The notes under the pieces were generated by a model. The model ran no database searches. It saw only the letters and a program-made list of their open reading frames with translations, and was not told the DNA's origin. Source: an uncultured Erysipelotrichaceae bacterium (GTDB taxonomy: Bacteria > Bacillota_I > Bacilli_A > RF39 > UBA660). Taken from it: a stretch of DNA of 64,000 nucleotides. Position 1 is the stretch's first letter. Each line of letters opens with the position of its first letter. A program made the position numbers and the translations under genes. Below are positions 48,164 through 58,435 of this stretch, piece by piece. The stretch is from positions 21,678 to 85,677 of the forward strand of contig CACWUS010000001.1 of NCBI GenBank assembly GCA_902764145.1, in the 5' to 3' direction.

Positions 48164-48625
48164 ATGGAATATGAAATAAGCTATGACACACAAGTAATAC
48201 TTCCTATTAAGGAAAATAAATCAAAAATAATTGAAGAAAATGATGAATATTATATTGATAATTCTCCTATAAATATTCTAGAACACAGTTGTGAATACTT
48301 TGGTAGTTCTTATGAAGGAAGAAAAGAAGGCACAAAGAAATTATTAGGAATAACACATAAATCTCCAATTATAGTTGAAGAAACAAGAAAAATAATATTT
48401 TTTCCAACTATGTCACCAGAAAACAAAAATTGTGTTTGGATAAATTTAGAAAAAATAGAAAAGTATTATGAAGTAGATCATAAAAAATCAGTAATAGAAT
48501 TTAAAAATGGCGATGTTTTAGAATTTGAAATATCTATAGGTTCTTTATCTAATCAAATATTAAGGGCAACAAGATTAAAATATGTATTAGAAGAAAGAAT
48601 TAACTTAAAAGAAGATAATAATTAA
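48164..48625 (+). CDS. comK: ComK-family transcription factor
   Basis: SCEYFGSSYEGRKEGT..HKSPIIV..FFPTMSP..CVWI matches B. subtilis ComK SCRFFGSSYAGRKAGT..HKPPIMV..FPTLS..CGWI. Confidence 0.8.
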   Translation: MEYEISYDTQVILPIKENKSKIIEENDEYYIDNSPINILEHSCEYFGSSYEGRKEGTKKLLGITHKSPIIVEETRKIIFFPTMSPENKNCVWINLEKIEKYYEVDHKKSVIEFKNGDVLEFEISIGSLSNQILRATRLKYVLEERINLKEDNN

Positions 48626-48731
48626 AAAATTATCTTTTTTTATACTTATTTTCATGATATAATTAATTGTGTGTGTAGGAGTACCTAAAATATATAAAAA
48701 TTAAAATTTAGGGGGAAAAAGAGGTTTAAAA

Positions 48732-49811
48732 ATGAATATTACAAAAATTGAACTACTTAATTTTAGAAATTATAATAAGAAAATTTTTGATAATTTTTCA
48801 AATTTAAATATTATTATTGGTAAAAATGGAATAGGAAAAACATCAATAATAGAAGCAATATATTTAGGTAGTTTAGCTAAATCTTTTAAGACAAATAATG
48901 AATATTCAATAATAAATAACAATTCTGATTTTTTTAAAATAAAAATTTACTATTTTGATTATGGTCCTAAGAAAAATTTAGAAATATTGTTAGATAAAAA
49001 TGGAAAGAAAACTAAAATTAATTCTAAAATACAAAAAAGATTAAGTGATTTTATATCGCAATATAGAATAATATTACTTTCTCCAGATGAATTGAAATTA
49101 GTAAAGTCGTCACCAAATACACGAAGAAATTATCTAAATATACAAATATCTCAACTTCATAGGGAATACATATATTATTTAAATAATTATAACAATTTAA
49201 TAAAGAATAAAAATGATTACTTAAAAAAATTAATGTTAAATAGCAATTTAGATTCTAGATATTTAGATATTATAGATGAAAAAATAGTAGAAGAAGGAAT
49301 TAAAATATATAATTATAGAAAAAAATATATTGAATTAATAAATAAATATATTAATATATTTTTTAATAAATTTAGTGAAAAAAGTACTTTATTTATTAAA
49401 TATATTTCAGATTTTGAAATAAATGATATTAATAAATTAACAAAAGAATTAAAAAAAATAAGAAATAAAGAAATAAATGTTGGAATGACTTCATTTGGTG
49501 TTCATAGAGATGATTATGAATTTATACACAATGGTAACAATTCTAAAGAGTTTAGTTCACAAGGAATACAAAAGCTTATTATATTATCAATGAAATTATC
49601 TGAGGTAGAAATATTTAAAAATGAATATAATATTTCACCAATATTATTATTAGATGATTTATTTAGTGAATTGGATGAAAAAAATAGAAATAAAATTTTT
49701 AAATCTTTAAATAAAAATAATCAAATATTTATTACTACAACAGATTTAAAAAATATAAATAAAAAATTAATAGAAAAAGCCAAAATATTTAATTTAGATG
49801 AGAGGGTGTGA
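48732..49811 (+). CDS. recF: DNA replication and repair protein RecF
   Basis: Walker [14 protein letters not shown], signature SQGIQK, and [11 protein letters not shown]. Confidence 0.92.
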   Translation: MNITKIELLNFRNYNKKIFDNFSNLNIIIGKNGIGKTSIIEAIYLGSLAKSFKTNNEYSIINNNSDFFKIKIYYFDYGPKKNLEILLDKNGKKTKINSKIQKRLSDFISQYRIILLSPDELKLVKSSPNTRRNYLNIQISQLHREYIYYLNNYNNLIKNKNDYLKKLMLNSNLDSRYLDIIDEKIVEEGIKIYNYRKKYIELINKYINIFFNKFSEKSTLFIKYISDFEINDINKLTKELKKIRNKEINVGMTSFGVHRDDYEFIHNGNNSKEFSSQGIQKLIILSMKLSEVEIFKNEYNISPILLLDDLFSELDEKNRNKIFKSLNKNNQIFITTTDLKNINKKLIEKAKIFNLDERV

Positions 49812-49816
49812 ATAAA

Positions 49817-51736
49817 ATGAATGATGATTATGGCGTAAAAGATATACAAGTATTGGAAGGATTGGAAGCGGTAAGAAAAAGACCAGGTATGTACATTGGT
49901 ACAACTGATGTAAAAGGATTACATCATTTAGTATGGGAAATAGTTGATAATGCAATTGATGAAGCATTAGCAGGTTATTGTAACAATATAGAAATAATTG
50001 TTAATAAAGATAATTCAATAACAGTAAAAGATAATGGGCGTGGTATTCCTGTTGGTATTCATCCAAAAACAGGTATTTCAACAGTAGAAACTGTATATAC
50101 AGTGTTACATGCAGGTGGCAAATTTGGTGGTGGTGGATACAAAGTATCTGGAGGATTACATGGTGTAGGTGCATCAGTAGTTAATGCTCTTTCAAAATGG
50201 GTTACTGTAACAGTATATAAAGATGGAAAAATATATGAAACTAAATTCGCAGATGGTGGAAAAACAATTCAAAAACTAACAGAAATTGGAAAATGTGAAA
50301 AAAATAGAACTGGAACAACAGTTACCTTTAAGCCAGATCCAGAAATATTTGATACTGATATTTACGATTATGAAACACTCAAAGTAAGAACTAGAGAATT
50401 AGCTTTTTTAAATAAAGGACTTCAATTAACATTAAGAGATGATAGAGATGAAGAAGATACTCAAGGAGATAAATTTATATATGAGGGTGGAATTAGTGAA
50501 TATGTAAAATTCATTAATCAAGGAAAAACTCCAATTCATGATGATATTATTCATTTAACTGGTGAAAAAGATGGAATTATATTTGAAGTAGCTATGCAAT
50601 ACAATGATGGATATAATGAAAATATTTATTCATTTGTTAATAATATTAATACTCATGATGGAGGAACACATGAAGATGGTGTTAAAAGAGCATTAGTTAG
50701 AACAATTAATGCATATGCAAGAAAAAACAACATATTAAAAGAAAAAGATGAAAATTTAAGAGAAGATGATGTTAAAGAAGGATTAACAATGATTATTTCT
50801 TGTAAACATCCAAATCCACAATTTGAAGGACAAACAAAAGGAAGATTAGGAAATTCTGAAGTTAAAAATTTAGCCGATAGTGTATTTGCTGAAGGATTTG
50901 AAGAATTTTTATTAGAAAATCCAGAAGATGCAAGAATTATTATTAATAAGGCAATATTGGCTAGAAATGCTCGTATGGCTGCTAAAAAAGCTAGAGAAGC
51001 AACAAGAAAAAGTGATTTAACTACTACTAATTTTTTTGGAAAACTTTCTGATTGTAAAAGTAAAGATCCAACTATTTCAGAAATATTTATAGTCGAGGGA
51101 GATAGTGCAGGTGGATCTGCTAAAAAAGGAAGAGATTCCATGACTCAAGCAATTCTTCCTTTAAGAGGTAAAATATTAAATGTTGAAAAAGCAAGATTAG
51201 ATAGAGCATTAGGAAATGAAGAAATTAAGACAATTATTACAGCTTTTGGTACCGGAATTGGAGAGTATTTTGATTTATCAAAACTAAGATATGATAAGAT
51301 TATCATTATGACAGATGCTGATGTTGATGGTGCTCATATTAGAGTTTTATTATTAACCTTATTTTACAGATTTTTTAGACCGATTGTTGAAGCTGGACAT
51401 GTTTATGCTGCTCAACCACCATTATTTAGAATAATGCATGGAAAAACCAGAAAATATACATTAACAGAGCAAGAAAAGGATGAATATTTAGCATCACTTC
51501 CTGAAAATGTTAGAAATAGGGCAGAAATAGCAAGAATGAAAGGTTTAGGAGAAATGGATGCTGAAGAATTAAATGAGACAACAATGGATATAAATAAAAG
51601 AGTTTTAAGAAAAATAACTGTTACAGATTGTATTGCAGCAGATGCAATTTTTGAAAAATTAATGGGCGATGAAGTTGAGCCAAGAAGAGCATTTATTGAG
51701 GAAAATGCTATTAATGTTAAAAATTTAGATATATAG
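49817..51736 (+). CDS. gyrB: DNA gyrase subunit B
   Basis: Contains [23 protein letters not shown] and [13 protein letters not shown] at 49817 follows GAGAGGGTG. Confidence 0.97.
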   Translation: MNDDYGVKDIQVLEGLEAVRKRPGMYIGTTDVKGLHHLVWEIVDNAIDEALAGYCNNIEIIVNKDNSITVKDNGRGIPVGIHPKTGISTVETVYTVLHAGGKFGGGGYKVSGGLHGVGASVVNALSKWVTVTVYKDGKIYETKFADGGKTIQKLTEIGKCEKNRTGTTVTFKPDPEIFDTDIYDYETLKVRTRELAFLNKGLQLTLRDDRDEEDTQGDKFIYEGGISEYVKFINQGKTPIHDDIIHLTGEKDGIIFEVAMQYNDGYNENIYSFVNNINTHDGGTHEDGVKRALVRTINAYARKNNILKEKDENLREDDVKEGLTMIISCKHPNPQFEGQTKGRLGNSEVKNLADSVFAEGFEEFLLENPEDARIIINKAILARNARMAAKKAREATRKSDLTTTNFFGKLSDCKSKDPTISEIFIVEGDSAGGSAKKGRDSMTQAILPLRGKILNVEKARLDRALGNEEIKTIITAFGTGIGEYFDLSKLRYDKIIIMTDADVDGAHIRVLLLTLFYRFFRPIVEAGHVYAAQPPLFRIMHGKTRKYTLTEQEKDEYLASLPENVRNRAEIARMKGLGEMDAEELNETTMDINKRVLRKITVTDCIAADAIFEKLMGDEVEPRRAFIEENAINVKNLDI

Positions 51737-51746
51737 GAGGTTTATT

Positions 51747-54254
51747 ATGGAAGAAGAAATTAAAGAAGAAAATACTAATTACGAAGAAAATGAATACAAC
51801 GGAACATTTCATGAAAGAGACAGTCATCAAGAAAATAATATTGTTGATGAAGTAAAGGATTCTTTTCTTGACTATTCAATGAGTGTTATTACATCAAGAG
51901 CTATACCAGATTTAAGAGATGGATTAAAACCAGTTCATAGAAGAATTCTTTGGTCAATGTATGAAGAAGGCAATACTCCGGATAAACCTCATAGAAAATC
52001 AGCAACAACTGTTGGTAATGTAATGGGTCATTATCATCCACATGGCGATAGTTCAATATATGATGCTATGGTTCGTTTAGCACAAGATTTTAATCAAAGA
52101 TACATGTTGATAGATGGTCATGGAAATTTTGGTAATATTGAAGGTGATGGTGCTGCTGCTTATCGTTATACTGAAGCAAGATTAGCCAAAATATCACTTG
52201 AATTACTAAGAGATATTAATAAAAATACAGTTGATATGGATGATAATTTTGATGTTACAAGAAAAGAGCCAAAAGTATTACCATCAAGGTTTCCAAATAT
52301 ATTAGTCAATGGTTCTATGGGAATTGCTGTTGGTATGGCAACAAATATTCCTCCACACAATTTATCTGAAGTTATAGATGGATGTGTTGCTTATATAGAT
52401 AATCCTGACATTGATACAGAAGGTTTAATGCAATATATTAAAGGCCCAGATTTTCCAACAGGTGGAATAATACTTGGAAATTCAGGAATAAAAAAAGCAT
52501 ATGATACAGGTAGAGGAACTATAACTATTAGAAGTAAAGCAGAAATTGAAGAACATAATGGGCATAATGCAATTGTATTTACTGAAGTACCTTATGGGGT
52601 TAATACAATGGAACTTAAAAATAAAGTTGCTGAGCTTGTCCACACTAAAGTAATAGAAGGAATTACTGATTATCATACTGACTTAAAAGATGGAGTAAAG
52701 ATCACAATAACTTTAAAAAAAGATGCAAATCCACAAGTGGTTTTAAATAATTTATATAAACATACTGCTTTTCAAGTAAATTATGGAATAATATTTTTAA
52801 TGTTAGATGGCTTAACACCTAGAACATTAGGATTAAAAGAAATAATAACAAAATATATTGATCATCAAAAAGAAGTAATTATAAGAAGAACACGTTTTGA
52901 TTTAGATAAAGATGAAAAAAGAGTTCATATATTAAATGGATATAAAATTGCACAAGATAATATAGATGAAGTAGTTAAGATTATTAGAGGTGCAATGGAT
53001 GATACAGATGCTAAAGAAAAATTAATGTCTAGATTTGAATTAGATGAAATTCAAGCAGATTCTATTTTAGAATTAAGACTAAGAAGATTAACAGGATTAG
53101 AAAGAGATAAAATAGAAGAAGAATTAAAAAATTTACTATTAGAAATAGAAGAATTAAAATCAATTCTAGCTTCTGAGCAAAAAGTATTGGAAATTATTAA
53201 AAAGGAAATGTTAGAAATTAAAAACAAATACGGGGATGATAGAAAAACAACAATAGACATGACAGCAATTGAATATATCGAAGATGAGGCTTTAATTCCT
53301 CAAGAAGAAGTTGTAATTACATTAACTAATAAAAATTATATTAAAAGATTACCAAAAGATACATATAAATCCCAACATAGAGGTGGAGTTGGTATTAAAG
53401 GTATTACAACAACAGATGAGGATTTTGTTGAACAATTAATATCATTAAATACACATGATTATATATTGTTTTTCTCAAATAAAGGTAAAGTTTATAGATT
53501 AAAAGGATATAAAATACCTGAATATTCAAGAGTTGGAAAAGGATTACCTATTATTAATCTATTATCACTTGAAAAAGATGAAAAAATTAATACAATGGTA
53601 AAGATTAATAATAAAAATTCAAACAAATGTTTGTTATTTTGCACTAAAAATGGTTTAGTTAAACGTACACTACTTAGCGAATTCGATAATATTAGACAGA
53701 CTGGAAAAATTGCCATTACACTAAAAGATGATGATGAATTAATATCTGTAAAATCTTGTGATGATAATACTCAAATACTAATGTGTTCTTCTGGAGGAAG
53801 AATGGTTAGATTTACTGCAAGTGAAATTAGAATAATGGGGAGAACAGCTTCAGGCGTAAGAGGTATTAATTTAAGTAATGACATTTGTATTGGATGTGAA
53901 GTTTCAGATAATAATAGTTTATTGCTTGTTGTAACTGAAAATGGATATGGTAAGAAAACATCTATTGAAGAATATAGGCAAACTAAGAGAGGAAGCAAAG
54001 GAGTTAAGACTTTAAATATTTCCGAGAAAAATGGAAAAGTCGTTGGATTCAAATCAACAAATAACAATGTTGATCTTATGATAATAACTACTCTTGGCAT
54101 AATAATAAGATTAGATGTTAATGCAATATCTGAAATGGGAAGAGTAACAAAGGGAGTAAAATTAATTAATCTTAAGGATAATAATAAAGTTGCATCAATA
54201 TCATTGGTTGAAAAAGAAATTGATGATGAATCAGATGAAAATATAGAAAATTAA
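51747..54254 (+). CDS. gyrA: DNA gyrase subunit A
   Basis: Contains DGLKPVHRR, AAAYRYTEARL and C-terminal beta-pinwheel repeats. Confidence 0.97.
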   Translation: MEEEIKEENTNYEENEYNGTFHERDSHQENNIVDEVKDSFLDYSMSVITSRAIPDLRDGLKPVHRRILWSMYEEGNTPDKPHRKSATTVGNVMGHYHPHGDSSIYDAMVRLAQDFNQRYMLIDGHGNFGNIEGDGAAAYRYTEARLAKISLELLRDINKNTVDMDDNFDVTRKEPKVLPSRFPNILVNGSMGIAVGMATNIPPHNLSEVIDGCVAYIDNPDIDTEGLMQYIKGPDFPTGGIILGNSGIKKAYDTGRGTITIRSKAEIEEHNGHNAIVFTEVPYGVNTMELKNKVAELVHTKVIEGITDYHTDLKDGVKITITLKKDANPQVVLNNLYKHTAFQVNYGIIFLMLDGLTPRTLGLKEIITKYIDHQKEVIIRRTRFDLDKDEKRVHILNGYKIAQDNIDEVVKIIRGAMDDTDAKEKLMSRFELDEIQADSILELRLRRLTGLERDKIEEELKNLLLEIEELKSILASEQKVLEIIKKEMLEIKNKYGDDRKTTIDMTAIEYIEDEALIPQEEVVITLTNKNYIKRLPKDTYKSQHRGGVGIKGITTTDEDFVEQLISLNTHDYILFFSNKGKVYRLKGYKIPEYSRVGKGLPIINLLSLEKDEKINTMVKINNKNSNKCLLFCTKNGLVKRTLLSEFDNIRQTGKIAITLKDDDELISVKSCDDNTQILMCSSGGRMVRFTASEIRIMGRTASGVRGINLSNDICIGCEVSDNNSLLLVVTENGYGKKTSIEEYRQTKRGSKGVKTLNISEKNGKVVGFKSTNNNVDLMIITTLGIIIRLDVNAISEMGRVTKGVKLINLKDNNKVASISLVEKEIDDESDENIEN

Positions 54255-54259
54255 ATATA

Positions 54260-54275
54260 TGTTCCACGTGAAACA
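54260..54275. promoter_or_regulatory. parS site (copy 1)
   Basis: TGTTCCACGTGAAACA, an exact match to the Bacillus-type parS consensus TGTTNCACGTGAAACA. Confidence 0.8.
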
Positions 54276-54284
54276 TAAAAAAAA

Positions 54285-54300
54285 TATTTCCCGGGAAATA
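54285..54300. promoter_or_regulatory. Noc-binding-site-like palindrome (may double as the gyrA terminator hairpin)
   Basis: TATTTCCCGGGAAATA contains the B. subtilis NBS core ATTTCCCGGGAAAT. It is part of the 22-bp perfect palindrome AAATATTTCCCGGGAAATATTT. Confidence 0.65.
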
Positions 54301-54313
54301 TTTTAAAGCAATA

Positions 54314-54329
54314 TGTTCCACGTGAAACA
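54314..54329. promoter_or_regulatory. parS site (copy 2)
   Basis: TGTTCCACGTGAAACA, identical to copy 1. Confidence 0.8.
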
Positions 54330-54337
54330 TAAATAAC

Positions 54338-54366
54338 TTGAAATTTAATTAATTATTGTATATAAT
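54338..54366 (+). promoter_or_regulatory. Promoter of the SRP RNA gene
   Basis: TTGAAA-17 nt-TATAAT, 6 nt upstream of the predicted RNA 5' end. Confidence 0.65.
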
Positions 54367-54372
54367 CTATTT

Positions 54373-54444
54373 GTGCAACAGATATAAATATGAACTAGGT
54401 CAGGATTGGAAAATAGCAGCCTTAAGTATTTTATCTGTGTGCAC
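54373..54444 (+). ncRNA. ffs: Small (4.5S-like) signal recognition particle RNA
   Basis: AGGTCAGGATTGGAAAATAGCAGCC matches the domain IV consensus AGGUCAGG..GGAA..AGCAGCC. The closing helix pairs GTGCAACAGAT with ATCTGTGTGCAC (one bulged G), followed by TTTTATTTT. Conserved position next to tadA-dnaX. Confidence 0.8.
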
Positions 54445-54462
54445 TTTTATTTTGAGGTAAAA

Positions 54463-54864
54463 ATGGATGCAAAAATTAAAAAATTAAAAAATATGAATAA
54501 GAAAGCAATTAAGAATGGAGATATTCCAGTTTCAGCAATGATAATTAAAAATAATAAAATTATTTCAAAATCTTACAACAAAAAATATAAAAATAACAAT
54601 CCAATTCATCATGCAGAAATACTAGCAATTATAAAAGCATGTAAAAAATTAAAGACTACAAATTTGATTGATTGCGAGTTGATAACAACATTAAAACCAT
54701 GTATTATGTGTGAATCTGTAATAGCGGAAGTGAAAATTAGGAAAGTTTATTATATATTAGAAAAAAATAAAGAAGTGAATAAAAAAATCGAATATATTAA
54801 AATAAATAAAGAAAACGATATATTTAAAAAAGAATTAAAAAAATTTTTTGAATTAAAAAGATAG
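54463..54864 (+). CDS. tadA: tRNA-specific adenosine deaminase
   Basis: Contains HAEILAI and PCIMC. GAGG RBS. The track start at 54406 (TTG) would run through the SRP RNA. Confidence 0.85.
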   Translation: MDAKIKKLKNMNKKAIKNGDIPVSAMIIKNNKIISKSYNKKYKNNNPIHHAEILAIIKACKKLKTTNLIDCELITTLKPCIMCESVIAEVKIRKVYYILEKNKEVNKKIEYIKINKENDIFKKELKKFFELKR

Positions 54865-54907
54865 ATTAAAAACTGTAAATTTGATACAATAAATGCAGGA
54901 GGTTTTT

Positions 54908-56524
54908 ATGTCAGAATATATAACTTTATATAGAAAATACAGGCCCAAAAACTTTTCAGAGGTTGTAGGGCAAACAACAACAATAACTATTTTAAAAAAT
55001 AGTATAAAATTAAATAAGATTGGACATGCTTATATTTTTGCTGGTCCGAGAGGAACAGGAAAAACAAGTGTAGCTAAAATATTTGCAAGAGCAGTTAATT
55101 GTTTAAATAATAATGATGGGGATCTTTGTGGTAAATGCGGCAACTGCAAGAAAAATATTGAAGAAGAAATAGATATTGTTGAAATTGATGCAGCTAGTAA
55201 TAATGGTGTTGATGAAATTAGAGAAATACGTAATAATGTAAAATTATTACCTTCTAATTTAAAATATAAAATATATATAGTTGACGAAGTACATATGCTG
55301 TCTGATAGTGCATTCAATGCTTTATTAAAAACACTAGAAGAACCTCCAAGTCATGTAATTTTTATATTAGCCACTACTGAAATAAATAAAATTCCTTCAA
55401 CTGTTTTATCAAGATGTCAAAAATTTAATTTTAAAAAATTAAATAACAAAGAAATAAAAGAAAGAATTAAATATATATGTGAAAAAGAAGATCGATTAAC
55501 AAATATAGACGATTCTTGTATTGAATTAATATCAAGATTAAGTGATGGTGGATTGAGAGATGCAATTAATCTACTGGATCAAGCTCTATCTATTAATAAG
55601 GAAGTTACAATTGATGAAATTTATGATTTGTTAGGATTAATAGATGATGATAGTCAATTTGAATTAATTGAAAATATTATTTCCAAAAATATAAAATCAG
55701 TGATTAAAATTATTAATAATCTATATGATAGTGGAAAAAATATTCCTGCCATTTTAAACCAAATTTTAATAAAAATTGAAAATATAATCATATACAACAA
55801 TACAGAAAAATACTTTGATGAAAAATATGAAAAAAAATTAATTAAATTTTCTAAGGTAGATTCAGATAAAATAATAGAACTATGCAAACAAATGTTTGAA
55901 TTAATTTATAATTTAAAGAAAAATACTGATCAAAAGATTTTGGTTGAAATTTATTTTATTAAAATGACTTTTATTTTTAATGAAAATATAAAAATAGAAA
56001 ATAATAGCATAATAAACGATGATAAAAATAATCAAGAGGAATTTACAAATGAAAATAAAATTTCGTTTGAAGAAAAGAAAATTTTAATTAATAATTGCTT
56101 ATGTTTGGCAAATAAAAAATTAAAATTAGATTTTTTAAATAACTATGGCTTAATTAATAATTATATTTCTGATAAAAAATATAATTCAATTGCTAATTTA
56201 TTATTGAAAGCAACTCCAGAAGTTGTTTCCAATAAATATATATTATTTACTTTTAAGAAAAATTTTGAAGTTATTTTATTTGATAAAAACATTGAAATAA
56301 TAGTAAAATTTTTAAAATTATTATATAATAATGAATATGAGGTTATAGGTGTTTCTTCAGAAGATTGGAAAAAAATTAAAGAAGATTATATAAATAATAT
56401 TAAAAATGGAAAAAAATATGAATTTATAGAAATTAATAAAAATAACAAGTCTTCTAAAAAAAATAATAACATTGAAGATAAAATAGAAAACATTTTTGGA
56501 GATATACATATAACAGAAGAATGA
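54908..56524 (+). CDS. dnaX: DNA polymerase III subunit tau/gamma
   Basis: Contains GPRGTGKTS, a Zn module CGKCGNC, and NALLKTLEEPP. AGGAGG precedes the ATG at 54908. Confidence 0.93.
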   Translation: MSEYITLYRKYRPKNFSEVVGQTTTITILKNSIKLNKIGHAYIFAGPRGTGKTSVAKIFARAVNCLNNNDGDLCGKCGNCKKNIEEEIDIVEIDAASNNGVDEIREIRNNVKLLPSNLKYKIYIVDEVHMLSDSAFNALLKTLEEPPSHVIFILATTEINKIPSTVLSRCQKFNFKKLNNKEIKERIKYICEKEDRLTNIDDSCIELISRLSDGGLRDAINLLDQALSINKEVTIDEIYDLLGLIDDDSQFELIENIISKNIKSVIKIINNLYDSGKNIPAILNQILIKIENIIIYNNTEKYFDEKYEKKLIKFSKVDSDKIIELCKQMFELIYNLKKNTDQKILVEIYFIKMTFIFNENIKIENNSIINDDKNNQEEFTNENKISFEEKKILINNCLCLANKKLKLDFLNNYGLINNYISDKKYNSIANLLLKATPEVVSNKYILFTFKKNFEVILFDKNIEIIVKFLKLLYNNEYEVIGVSSEDWKKIKEDYINNIKNGKKYEFIEINKNNKSSKKNNNIEDKIENIFGDIHITEE

Positions 56525-56539
56525 AAGGAATGATTATAT

Positions 56540-56833
56540 ATGAATATGCAAGCAATGATGGCGCAAGCTCGTAAATTACAAAGAGATATTGAAAAAGCTA
56601 CATCTGAAATTAATGAATCAATTTTCAAATATGAAAACGATAATATTTTAGTTGAATGTCTTGGTAGCAATGAGTTAAAAAAAATAGAAATTAAAAATGA
56701 TGCTATTTTAGAAGATAAAGATATGCTTGGTGATATTATTTTGGTGGCAGTAAATGATGTTATTAATCAAATAAATAAGGTAAAAGAAGAAAAACTTGGA
56801 AAATACACTAATGGTTTAGGGGGATTATTTTAG
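56540..56833 (+). CDS. ybaB: Nucleoid-associated protein YbaB/EbfC
   Basis: MNMQAMMAQARKLQRDIE... Synteny dnaX-ybaB-recR. Confidence 0.9.
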   Translation: MNMQAMMAQARKLQRDIEKATSEINESIFKYENDNILVECLGSNELKKIEIKNDAILEDKDMLGDIILVAVNDVINQINKVKEEKLGKYTNGLGGLF

Positions 56834-56835
56834 TA

Positions 56836-57435
56836 ATGTATTTACCTAAAAGCTTTGAAAATTTAGTAAATAATTTAACAATATTACCTGGAATAGGTGA
56901 AAAAACTGCTGAAAGATATGTTTATGCTTTATATGAAAAAGAATATGATGAAGTTGAAAATTTATCTAAATCTTTAATTGAGTTTAAAAAAAACATTAAA
57001 AATTGTAGTATTTGTGGATGTTTAAGTGATTTTGATATTTGTGAAATATGCTCAAGTGAGGACAGGGATAAATCTACTATTTGTATAGTTGAGGATTCAA
57101 AAAGCGTATTTTTTATTGAAAGAACAAATAAATATAAAGGATATTATCATGTTCTTAATGGTTTAATATCGCCAATTGAAGGAATTAATCCTGAGGATTT
57201 GAATATTGAATCACTTGTTAAAGACAGAATTAATAAAGGCATTAAAGAAATAATTATAGCTCTAAACCCATCAATAGAAGGTGAGGTAACATCATTATAT
57301 ATACAAAAAATACTAGAAAAATTTGATGTGAAAGTATCTAGACTATCATATGGAATTCCAATGGGAAGTGATATTGAATATTTAGATCCTATAATGATTT
57401 CAAAAGCCTGGGATGACAGAAAAATAATATCATAG
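56836..57435 (+). CDS. recR: Recombination protein RecR
   Basis: Contains LPGIGEKTAER, a C4 zinc finger and a Toprim domain. Confidence 0.95.
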   Translation: MYLPKSFENLVNNLTILPGIGEKTAERYVYALYEKEYDEVENLSKSLIEFKKNIKNCSICGCLSDFDICEICSSEDRDKSTICIVEDSKSVFFIERTNKYKGYYHVLNGLISPIEGINPEDLNIESLVKDRINKGIKEIIIALNPSIEGEVTSLYIQKILEKFDVKVSRLSYGIPMGSDIEYLDPIMISKAWDDRKIIS

Positions 57436-57465
57436 AAGAAAAAAGAAAAGCATAAAATTATATAG

Positions 57466-57660
57466 GTGTTTAATATGATTGTTAATATATTACAAAAATT
57501 TGTATATTCTTTATGTTTATTATATACAATAAATATAATAATTAGTAAAACAGGTAATACTGTTCCAATAAATGTATATACAATTTTAGTAATATATTTT
57601 TTTGACTTTTTTGGAATAATAGCTATAATATATTTAAAATATTATTTGTTTGGAGGTTAA
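57466..57660 (+). CDS. Small membrane protein, possible BofA (pro-sigma-K processing inhibitor) homolog
   Basis: TVPINVYT resembles BofA HVPINLVT. Position after recR matches B. subtilis. Start is uncertain (57466 or 57475). Confidence 0.4.
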   Translation: MFNMIVNILQKFVYSLCLLYTINIIISKTGNTVPINVYTILVIYFFDFFGIIAIIYLKYYLFGG

Positions 57661-57661
57661 T

Positions 57662-58435
57662 TTGAGTAAATTATTTGAATATTTTAATAAAATAAATAAC
57701 GAAAAAAAGCTTGTTCAATCCTACATTATAGGAAATACTAAGTATGATTTAATTAAAGAAGAATTAAATCAAGTTTTTGAATCTTTCTTTTTTAATGGTG
57801 AAAATGCATATAATATTGATATTCAAATTTTAAAAAATGATGAAGAAAAAATTTCAAAAAATGAAATAAGTGATTTACTTGAAAATATTTATAAAACATC
57901 ACAATTCAATAATAAAAAAATTTATGTTATTGATGAATGTGAAAAATTAAATGACTCTACATATAATGCTTTATTAAAAACTTTAGAAGAACCTCCAAAT
58001 GGTGTATATGCATTTTTAATAACAAAAAATATTGATGCAGTTAAATCAACAATTGTTAGTAGATGCCAAAAAATATTTATAAGTAATATTAGTGAGGATA
58101 TAAATTCAGAATATTATGAAATAGCAGATGAGATGATTAGTGAGTTAGAAAAGAATGAGTTAAGTTTTATTTTTAAAGATTATATTTTTTATAATAAAAT
58201 AAAAGATAAAAATGAGTTATATTTAATTCTTAAAATTATATTAAATAAATATAACCAAAATTTAAGTATCTCGATTGAAAAAGATGATAATAGTCATATA
58301 AATAAATTGTGTAAAAAAATATTAATAATTAATGATATAATAAGTATGCTAGATTATAATTTAAACAAAAATTTATGTTTGGATAGATTAGTTATAGAAA
58401 TGTGGAGATGTAATAATGAAACTAGTTGGAATTGA
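57662..58435 (+). CDS. holB: DNA polymerase III delta-prime subunit
   Basis: Contains NALLKTLEEPP and SRCQ. TTG start lies 5 nt after GGAGG (57652-57656). Confidence 0.78.
   Translation: MSKLFEYFNKINNEKKLVQSYIIGNTKYDLIKEELNQVFESFFFNGENAYNIDIQILKNDEEKISKNEISDLLENIYKTSQFNNKKIYVIDECEKLNDSTYNALLKTLEEPPNGVYAFLITKNIDAVKSTIVSRCQKIFISNISEDINSEYYEIADEMISELEKNELSFIFKDYIFYNKIKDKNELYLILKIILNKYNQNLSISIEKDDNSHINKLCKKILIINDIISMLDYNLNKNLCLDRLVIEMWRCNNETSWN

Noticed and set aside
50653-54100. Minus-strand ORFs inside gyrB and gyrA (50653-51141, 52166-52360, 52482-52676, 53051-53260, 53492-53716, 53771-54100)
   Set aside because: All are antisense to highly conserved gyrase coding sequence. They are composition artefacts.
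54406-54462. TTG-initiated N-terminal extension of tadA from the ORF track
   Set aside because: It overlaps the SRP RNA gene. The ATG at 54463 has a proper RBS and gives a normal TadA N-terminus.
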